From NCBI GenBank assembly GCA_964057225.1, contig OZ059894.1, positions 13,516,001 to 13,580,000 of the forward strand: 64,000 nt of DNA. The letters run 5' to 3'. Below the pieces are notes generated by a model, which was not told the DNA's origin, did not search any database, and saw only the letters and a program-made list of their open reading frames with translations. The position numbers and the translations under genes were made by a program. Of the stretch, positions 15,176-26,400 are shown piece by piece. The DNA comes from Auanema rhodensis (lineage: Eukaryota > Animalia > Nematoda). Position 1 is the stretch's first letter, and every line of letters begins with the position of its first letter.

Positions 15176-18100
15176 TTTATGGAAGTAGGATTAAGGCTCT
15201 TAACTAAATGAAGAGAATGACCCCCAACTTAACTATAAAAGTTCAATGAATATAATATATTAATATTAATATAAGTATATAACACGTTTTCCAATTGTTT
15301 TTGACGATCTATTGATTTTATTATGTTTGATAAAATGAATGTTCAAACTTTCCATATTCAAAATTTTTATTCTTTATTTAACATTCAAATAGCATTTTAG
15401 GTTTTTTTTATCAGCTTCCATTACATCAATATGTTCATTTTGAATCATAAAAAAGAAATAATAATATATAGAAAATGTATTATTTCTCATTGACGTTTAA
15501 CTCGATTTTTGATTTTTATTTCTTTTACTATTTGTAAATAATTTAAATAATTTTGACTTATAAATGCAATTGTTGCAAAAAAAAGAGATAAAAAAGGAAA
15601 AATCTTAAAATAATCTTTTCTTTTATTTAAATTTATGTTTCATTAACCAAAATGTTTCAATTATATATATTTGAATGTATATTATATCAAAAAGATTAAT
15701 CCATAACTTGATATACTTACAACAAAATATATGAAGAAGTACATCCTGTGCAGACCTCTATGTTTGACAACAAAACTTGCTTGTTGAGGTTTTTGAGAAA
15801 ATACCTTCCAAAAAACTCAAACTGTGTGTTTTTTTTTTCAATATTTTCTTGCAAAACTCATTAATCTCTTCAAATCCCTAGATTTCCTACAGATGATGTC
15901 ATACCTGGAAATTATTCGAGCAACTTCGTAGTGAACAAAATCCATTCAGCTTTTCGTCATATTTATCCAACCTCGATGGTCCGACGATTTACAAACAATA
16001 CATTCGGAGAGTCGAATTCAAATGTTGAAAGAATAGACTCACCTCGATCTTTGAGATCTTTTTCTTATGTCTTTTACGTAACAGCTTCTCACAATCTCAC
16101 ACTCTCCTCATCCTTTATAATATTTCATTCTTTTCTTCCTAATACCACTATCCAAGTTGAAAATGGGTTGAAGCTTGTTTTATAACAGCTTCAACTCTGA
16201 AAAGCGAGAAGAAATTTTGAAAAGTTGTGCTCTATGTAGTTCAGGACAAGCAGTCATTTTTTCTCTTCCTCTAAAAACTCTTTAGAATAAAAGTCAAAGA
16301 AAAAAAGAGAGAAAAACTAGACAGAAATAGGTGTTGAGAACGAGATATAGTGAGAACGAGAGGAATAGAAGAGAGAGGGAATCCAAAAAAAGGTCCAAGA
16401 GATCATTTATGCTTCACTTGACTCATGTTTGAATTATTTTGCGAATTTTGCTGCTCACATGAACATACATACACATAGTATATACTTTACGCAACAGAAT
16501 CTAATAATCCGGGTATACCTCGAAAGTTCGCATTTTATGATTCTCATTCTTACCTCAATCATTTATTTTTTTTTGCTCAACTTTTATATCTTAAGCAACT
16601 GTTTTCTTAAGCTTCTGTCTTAATTTTTTCTAATTCGTCATCTTCATTTCTTTCCACTTGTACATACACCTTCTATTTCTCTCTCTCTCTCTCTATACTG
16701 CTGTTCGTATTTCTCACTTTCAGCAAAAAAAATTAAATGAACAAAGTAGGCCCCCCACCACCCTACAATAGAAACAAATCACTTCCTGCTTACTATATAC
16801 ATATATATATATATAGATATATGTATATCTAACTGTGTATTTGACTATATATTTTTCTATCTATTCGTAATATTTTATAAAAGAAAAGAGTGAGTTTTGT
16901 TTCAAATTCCAACTATAAGTTTATGGTCTTGTTTTAATTTAAACAAGTATTGACGGTTGGTTGTTACAAATTATTTTTGAGAACATTTTTGAATACGGGA
17001 AAAGGAAATGTGAAGTGAAAAAATTGCTGCGAAGCAACGAGAAAAGGAGGAGGATGATGTGTGTGTGCGTGGATAAAATTGAGAAAAGAAAACTTCTCAA
17101 AAATAAGAAAACAGCGAACAATCCGAAATATGTGTGAGTTTTTTCATTTTTTCTTTGTTCAAAAATCATTTGAAACAATTTGATACATGTATATGTATAC
17201 CAAAATGAAAATGTACGGTCTGTTCGTTGATCTGTTCTACCAAATTTTCATTCAATTTTTTTCTTTTCTTTTTTCAAGTTCAGAACGAAAATATAAGTTG
17301 ACGAGTTGTGCTTAACGTTAATATTATTTATTTTTTTAATTTGTTTCTCTCTCTCTCCCCCTCCTCCTTTTTTCTCTCTTTTCTATTTTAATTGATCCTA
17401 AACAAAATGTTTACTATAACTTTTCATCAATTTTCACGTATTTCACGTGTTCAATTAGCATACTCTATTTTGTTATACAACAATATGTTGAACGGTTGCT
17501 CATTTCATTCACATATTCGCTTAATTTTTCTTTAACCCATATAGTTAACATATAGTTAATCATTTTAACTTTTTCAATTATGTGTTTAGTTTATACATAT
17601 ATGTATAACTATATACTATACATCTCTACATATATTTTATTATATGAATTTATTTTCTTTATTTATTAATTATTATATATTACTATGACTTAGCTTATAT
17701 CTAAATTTGTCGTTTCTTTTCTTCTAAGCCTATCCTTCTTTCTTTATTCTGCTTTTCAGACCATAATTTCATTCAATTTCACACTTGTTATTATTTGCTA
17801 ACATATTAAATTTGTATCTGAGCACCCTTACTCAACGCAACTGAGCTGTTCCTCTCACAAGTCTACCCTTTTCATTCTCTTTCAGAATATACAATATAAT
17901 TTGCAATACTCTATTAATTATAAACATTACTTGAAAAATATTATAAGAATATATACTTATATCATATAAGTTATATATATATATATATACATTTATCTGT
18001 CTGCCTGTCTATATTATATATATATATATATTTACTATTTATATTTAGCGAAATATTTTTTATTTATGTATTTACACATGTTTATATTTTATTATAACTT

Positions 18101-21100
18101 AGTTACATACATAGATACATAGATATACATCTTCTATTACCTTACGAATTTTTTTTTTGGAAATTGACAATTTCTTGAAATTGTTCCATTCTTCATTTAT
18201 TCAAAGTTAACATATCTTTTCTATTTTTGTATATTTTTTTCTCTCATATGTTGCAGCACTTTCAGATCAAAAAATCCCAGGAGAAATGAATTGAGATCAA
18301 AAAACAATATGTTGCTTATAATTGTATTTGAATTTTTCTTTTTTTTTTGCTTTTTTTTGCATAATATAAGCGACTTAGTGAATCGTAAAATCTGAAATAT
18401 TACTCTATACTTAGTATCTTGAATTTTTTTTTCCTCCGAATTATCTCTTATGAACTTCACTCGAGATGTTCCCGTTTGCATTTCACAAGTGCTCGTCGAC
18501 GAGTGAATTTGATGAGCGGATAAGATTTAAAATCTAAAATCGTTGTTTTCAATCAATATGAAAATAATATTAAATATATATCTATATATTTATATATTTA
18601 TATCTATATAGTTAATAATTTCAAATTTGATTATTTATATTATTCCATAATTTTTTGCTTAACATATATAGCTTATAATAGATAAAGAAATGATCAGAAT
18701 TTTTTTCTTTTGTATTTCTGAGTAAATCGAGTTCTTTTAGAATATTATAACTTATATTATAGTAAATAATACTACTATATCAGAAAATATGTATTATATG
18801 TATATGTATGATGATCTGAAAGAAATTTATAAAAAAAAAACCAAAATTTGGGATATTAAGCATTCAAATCTCAGTACATGTGCAACAACATTTTTAATCT
18901 GAAAAAGGTAATTGGTATATAAGAATGTCATTTATAAGAAAATCTGAGATTTATATGAAATTTGATTTTTTTCTTTCAATTAATACAATTCATTTTCAGA
19001 TAATTTCATTTAAAATCTTACTCATATTTCATAAATTGCAAAAAAAACCAAATAAGCTACTCAGCAGGTTCAAAAGTATTAGTTTAAGATTATAGTTCGA
19101 CTGAAGACGTCAAGTTTCGTATAAAAAAGGAACAAAATTTGCAATTACTTCGTTAACTCAATTTTTTTGTTTTTGGTCCGTCCCATTTTTGAATTGAGCT
19201 TGTCTCCTTCGTCACCGTAGAATCGTCGTCATCAACTCTTGAAAGAAGATGATGACTCTCCAGAATATAGCTTTAATCGAGAGCAATCATTACATCGTTT
19301 AGCTGGAGATCAGAGGCTGTTTACGTTTATAATAAAGAAAAAACTTTTATTTTTATTCAGTTAGTTCAGTCAATAGAAAAAACATTTTTAGTGCTAAATA
19401 GTTGAGCAAGAGTTTTGAATATAGTTTGTTGTTATATGATACCATATACACATATCTATTAAATATCTATTTAGATATATCTACATATATGTATGTATGT
19501 ATATTCATCTAACTATATGTATTCTAAATAATATGATCAATTTTTTTTCATTTTATATGTTTTCTTTTAAAAATATTTCAAACATATATCCCAAAAAAAA
19601 AAAAATAACTGTTTATCATCTATTCATATAATACCATCAATCATTCTTTCATACCTCATATTTGTATTATTTAGATAAATATTATAATTTTAAAAAAAAA
19701 TGATAGAAGTATTACACTATTATTTTAATTATTTTAATAAATTATATAGAAATATTGTATATATACTATACTATACTATATATATATATTTATAAATATA
19801 TGAATGTATATTTATTTATATATATTTACACATACATATATGTATATATATAATATGTATATACAACATGTCATAACCTCTCATAATGTATTTTTTTTAT
19901 TTTTTTTTAAAACAAAAAATTATAAAAAAGTGAACAGCTTGTCATGCTTTTCATTTGACACACGATTTGGAACAAGCTTCTAGATTTGATTTCTTCGAAA
20001 CAATTTTCAAATGTTTTGTTACATACATATGCTTTCCATTTTGTTTATTTATGTTTATATAATTGTTTTTACAATCACATAGATGCATATTTGCATAAAT
20101 TGGATGAGAATGGTAACCATTTGCCGCAAAAAGTGTTTGATGCTCCGGGTTTTTATGATCAACGTTCGATCTCATTAGAAAACTTTGTGAACTGACAGGT
20201 TGCAGTCTTGTTTTGACGGAAATCTTTGGGACGTTGACAACTTGCTCAAGCATCTTCCGACTGAAATCTCAGAGCTCAGCAATCTATAAAAAAAATTTCC
20301 TGATGTAGCTTTTTATTGTGGGACTCTTTGACAAAGTCTGCAAAGCTTTCAGAAGCTTTATCGGACAATCTCAAGTTTTTGTTTCAGTGCTAATAAACAG
20401 TATGGATCAGCTCACCTTAGAAAAATATAAAGAGAAAAAGAGGGAAGAGAGCAAGCAAAAGCTTAAAGTTCATGAAATTTTCAATTGATGTATGTATTCA
20501 TCAACTCCGTTGTAACACCACAATGAATCAAAAAAAAGAAGAACTTTGGGTTCAAGAAATCCCAAACGAACTTCTTTTTATGGATTGAAAATAGAATAGT
20601 CAATGCTTCTTATGTTTTAATTTTGTACCATTTTTCTGTAGTTATTCCTTGTCAGTAGCGTAAGCTGTTTTCTTTTATTTCTCGCACGCTGTTGTGCATG
20701 TGCAGAATCAGGCATCCTATTTCTCAAAACTATTTTGACATTCAGAACTAAAGTGCTTTCATGTTTTCACCAATGGCTTGCTACTTTTGTCTATATTCAT
20801 ATATACATATATTTTATTTTAAATACAACACAGAGAGTAACAGATAGAAAGAGAAAGATCAAATTTACTATGGCAATGAATAATAAGTTGCCATCTGAAC
20901 CCCCTGTCAACTTTTAAATTTTCATCTTTATTTGTATAGTTATCAAGAAATATACATACATATGTATAAGATCAATTGACAGATAGATATTTTTGAGTGG
21001 AACAAATTATTTACAACAACAAACAAGAGTTTATGTGAGTTTCACTGTCGATAGCTCAATCATTTTTCCTGCTTCTGCTACAAGTTTTAATTAATTTCTC

Positions 21101-23417
21101 TTTTTTTTTGTGAAGAAATATTATGAAAAATACTTCTCCTGTTCATTGAAAAAGCTTAAAATAATAATAAATAAATAAAATTATATATATATAGTATTTA
21201 AGATATATATTTTAATTTTAAAATATCAAAAAATTTGATTGAATAATCATTTTTTTCTGAGATGAATGGCCTAGCATTCAGATTCAAAAGTATAAGCTCC
21301 TTTTTCTATTTTCATGTAATCTGAGCAAGCAACTATAATTAAGGTCGTAGAGCATACTTGCCCCTTCCCTTTTTTTTCTTATTCAATCCAAAACCTCTGA
21401 AGTTTGGTATTCATATTGAAGAATAGAAAAAGAAAAGATCATTCATTGAAAAATAAATTCGATTTTTAAAAGAAAATTTCATCAATAATAGATATCAATA
21501 TCAATTAACTTACTAACAAATAATTGCAGATATTTGATTTATACATATGAATGTATGTTTGTATTTCTTCCGATTATATGAATGGTTTATTATAATTTTA
21601 AAATATTTTATATAGAAAATATATCAATTTTTGAAAATAATAAATTACATTAACTATATTGCTATTTGTATATTTTTTTAATTCAAAATAGTATACATAA
21701 AGTTTTTTTTTATCTAGTCAAAACATAAACTTCAATTTTTTTCTTAAAAAACACTTGTGAACTCTATATTTTCAAAGAATTTATCATGTAGTCTCTGAAA
21801 TTCCTTTGAGGCAGTTTTTCAATGAATTTTTGCTTCTTATCAAAATATTGTTTTAAAGTTTGTCGTCATATATATACATATATATACATACATATATATA
21901 AATATTTTTTGGTTTAAATAAAAATTTATTATTTATTCATATTTTAACTTAATTACCTTATTTACTTGTTATAAAGATTTCTTAACCCTCTCACCCCTTC
22001 ATCTTTTCCTATCAGTTCTTTTTCGTCTTTGTAGTACGGGCGGACTAACCGATCTGGCATCAGACTCCGCCTCTCTCAAGCTACGAGCATTGTTCCGACT
22101 GGACGGGAGCCCAAGAGGCTTGTCATCTCTTCTGATGACTTCGGTCAGTCAAAAAAAAAATCCATTCTCTAATCTGATAGCTTGAGATATAAGCTTAAGC
22201 TATAAATCATATTCATTTTTTTTATTAAAATGGTTTTTGTTATTTCGAAGATATGCTGAATATTGTTAGTGAACTCGAAACTTGGCACCTCATACATATG
22301 TATGTTAGAATAAAGTGAAATGAATATAAAAGAATTTTAAAATTCGCAATTTTCATCGTTCAAGACGATCGAGGGCTTTTACTTTCCTGTTTTTGTGCAA
22401 ACTTTTCAACTGACTTACTTTCCGTTTTACTGCCTTTTCAATCGACAAAATAGAATAAATGGGACAGGCATTCTTCCTATGTTATCATTTGGTAGAATGA
22501 TTTTTAAATCTTGCAACTTCAACTTGGAATACAAAATATTCTTTAAAAAGAGATTCACGTAAAGTACGTAAGAAAATTTTATTTTTACTGTTAGTTTTAC
22601 AAATCTATATATTAGTTTTAAATTATATTATTTATTATGTTTGTTATTATTATAGTTAAAAACATTTATTATTTTACATATAAATATATTTTTTCTTTTC
22701 TTCTCTTTCTCTCTACCTTCATCAATCTCTTTATTTCTTTTTTTTATTCATTTCATTATTCTTTTTATAAGAGTGTATGTCCTTTCACACTATCCTATTT
22801 CAACCTTTGCCAATGCTTGCTGCTATCGTCGCTTAATGAATTCTGATCCTAGTTTCATCTACTCGAACACTGTTCTTCATAATTTTTGTATTTTTCTTCT
22901 TCTTCTCTTCTTTTTTTTCTTTCGATTTCACCATATTCTTCATTTTTTCTGTTCCTCCTTCGCCTTCCTGTTCCTTTTTTCCGTTTTCTACTCAAATTTT
23001 ATTTTCGAAAGTTATTCACTCATTTTCCTCATTCTCGTCGTTTATCCAAGAAAAAAACCGTTTCTGTTTCAAACAATCAGTCCATCATTCAATTATCCCA
23101 GTTGTCTTCTTCATGTCCTGCTCATTTCCTTATACGGACAACTTTTTTTTCCCAGAACTCTTCTTCGTCTTCTTCGTTTTTACCGCAAACCTTATTCGTT
23201 TTTCGTTTACACAAACTGCGTCATCGGAGGCATTTTCATGTTTCAATCTATTTCTCCTTACCTACCACAACGTCTTTAGCTTTATTCTTTACTTCGTTAA
23301 TTTCACTATCTAACTATATATTTTATGTATTTATCGATATCGTTTGAATATACATATGTATAGTTATACATATATAACTTAAACATTATCTTTTATAGAT
23401 AAAACGGGTGCTTGCTG

Positions 23418-26400
23418 ATGGAGCCGAACGGCTCTGTAGCCGTCGGAGGTCGGTTAGCCTTCGACGGTCGGATGACGTCAACATCATCAGCAGCAATATC
23501 GCCTCCATCCGATTCGTCGGAGCCGACATTGAACTTGCTGGGATTAGCGTTGACGATTATACCACTTATTACAATTGCTGGAAACGTGCTTGTCATCTTG
23601 TCTGTTCTGCGATTTCGTGCTCTACAAACTGCCATCAATTTTTTGATTCTTGGACTAGCTGTAGCCGATTTGTTTGTGGCCATATTCGTCATGCCCTATG
23701 CTGTATATGTACATGTAAGTTTAATTTATAATAATTTTACATTTTTCTCAACACAATTTTAGTTACAATATTCAGTTTTCTATTTGTTTCATCACGTCTT
23801 ATCATTTATTACTTTCTTTTTCTTTATATTTCCGTATATTAATTTATCACATATCACGCGAATTTATTAAATTATTATAAATTGAACATTTTAAACCATC
23901 AATCTACCACGTTTTCGTCTAAAGTTCTATTAGATAATATGCTTTTTCTAGTAAATTTTTCGCAAAATATCTGAAAAATTATTTGATATCTTAGTCAACT
24001 ATATTAACTTGATTGAATAATGAAAATACATTCACCTCCCTCCCCCTCAATATTAATACAAATATATTTATGTATGATGTATAGTAATCTGTATATAAAA
24101 TAGCTAGATAACTATATATATATGTGTATGTGTGTATGTGATTTAACTTATTTTCTGAGGGTAAAAGAGTCTACGAAACCGAAAAAGGCATGAAATTGAA
24201 ATATAGACTAAAGTACCAGTACTTCAGAACATACATATAATCAAAGTTTTGTGATCCCAATACACTATAGTAGAAGCCTCTTATACATACACACATGTAC
24301 ATAAGTATCTATCATCTATCTATTAATACATATATATATATATATATAGTTAGAAATAATAGTTGAAAGATCAAGAAACAACTTTCATTCATTTGTCCAT
24401 CTCTCACTCCATCTCTATCATCTTTTTCTCTCATTTCAAGCAGTTTTTTTGAAATTCATAATGTTAATATATCTTTGTTGGAACATGGTCATCGTTCGCA
24501 AATCTTCAATAGAAACTTTTAAAAAAGATGTTTCTTATATCAATTATGTACAAGTTTTATTACTTGAGCTCAATCTTTAAGTCAACAAAAACCAGAATAT
24601 CATCCAAATTTACCTTTGAAACCACAAAAAGATATGTGCACATGTATGTGCAATTTGTGAATCTATGAAGTTGTTTCATTTCCTTCTTGTATGCTCACAC
24701 AACCTTTCGCTTTCATCTTGTTACTTCAACCCAAATACACCGTCGATCACATGTATGAAGGCTTTAATATGAGCAAGTTTAAAACTCAAGTTTGAACTTA
24801 TGCTCGGATGAAGTTTTGTATGGAACTTTTCACCTACATCTAAACAAAGCTTTTGTTACTCCGTTTAGCCTAAAACACTTTGTTTTCACTCGAAACCGAT
24901 TATAGTGAGCCGGATTCGAGACAAATTTCTGAAGAGTCTTTAGAAAAAGAACTAATGTGATTTATCGTTGGAATGAGTTTCTATGTGGCCCTGGAAGTAG
25001 TACGTATATCTTCTGAATTAATATACGTTTTACTCTAAAAATGACAATTATTTCCGTTTTCATTAGAAAAAAAAGTATGTTTCAAACTTGTCATTGGACA
25101 ACAACTATAAAAACTTAATTGATTACTAAATAGCTAAATAAATAAGAATGTGATGTTCAGACTTGCAGAACATAAGAGCTTTGCTCACATCAAACTTAAA
25201 GCTTAGTTCATGCCATTCTGACATATGTTCAAGCTCAAATGTTCTTTCTTTATCGTGTAGGTAGGTCAATGTTAGAGGCAGCACAACGTTGGCGTTTGGC
25301 GCTGTTCTCCGCCTTGAGCCTCACCGGTTGACTGAACTCTATGATTTCTGACTTTCTCTTCTCCAAAATCTGAATAAGCTAACATACATAAATTTTACAT
25401 TCAGATATAGATACAACATGAAACAGATGAAATAAGATTTAAAGTATATTCTGTGAGTATTGTGATTGAAATAGAGCAAATTTGAAACAGCAAACACGAA
25501 AAAATTAAAGTAATTCATGTTTCCTGGTATCATATAGTTTATCAAATTGTGTACTGCCCTTGGCAATTTATCTTGTACTTCCCATATATTGAACAGGATA
25601 AAGCTCTTTCATTTCTTAATCTAGTGATCGAGCACGAAGCACGTGCGGAACACGGCAAGTTAATGCTTCTCAGTCATCTGACCAGCACATCAACTTGCTT
25701 GATTGTCTTAAATCTTATTAAGAAAACCACCAAATATCACTAATTTAGTATTTGACTTTGTATCTCACTTGGAATTTGTTTATAAAAATGTTTCAAAACA
25801 AAATTGAAAACTGAAAACAGAAAACGATTATGTAAAATAGATTTTAGAAGTTTTAAATATTTGGTTAGCTCTTCCTCTACTTTATGCTTTCTTTTTTGAA
25901 ATTCTTAAATACGGGAAAGGGGGGGGGGGGGTTTAATCACATCTCTATACTTTCAATGAAAATACGTTTAAGTTATTTGCAATTTTTCTTTTCGGAATGA
26001 AATTCTAAATATTTATAAATTTAAAAAAAAGTGTACATGTCTACTGTAAAAGTTGGACGTATAAGACAATAAAAAACTTTGAAAAGATGAACTTTTTGAA
26101 AGAAAGAAAGAAATATATACTATATACATACATCTAAAAATAAAAGAATATTATATATTATTACATATAGTTAATAAAAAAATATTAAAAAGCCTTTTAT
26201 TCAAAATTGAAATAAATGTGATAATAATGTCCATTTTACATATACTATAATTATATTTTAAATAATTATTTAATTAAAGAAATCTTTTCGATCATTCATT
26301 ATAAATCTCAAAACGTCTTTATATTTTTAATATTGAATCATATGGTTTATTAAAATAATAATAATAATTATTATTATTATTATTTATATATTATATTAAT

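Noticed and set aside
22130-22160. CTGATGA plus hairpin and A10 suggesting a hammerhead ribozyme, terminator or SINE tail
   Set aside because: No GAAA/UH core in the correct arrangement, no Pol III boxes or target-site duplication; bacterial-type terminators are irrelevant in this genome.
22637-23347. Overlapping Phe/Leu/Ser-rich ORFs of up to 168 aa upstream of dop-3
   Set aside because: Artefact of a T/C-rich low-complexity tract that lacks stop codons in several frames; no domain recognised.
23393-23692. 99-aa antisense ORF over dop-3 exon 1
   Set aside because: Shadow frame of a GC-richer coding exon; no independent splice support.
25919-25931. G13 tract (also C11 at 12565 and a G-rich run at 2283-2303)
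   Set aside because: Possible G-quadruplex-prone homopolymers, but short and common; nothing else suggests function.
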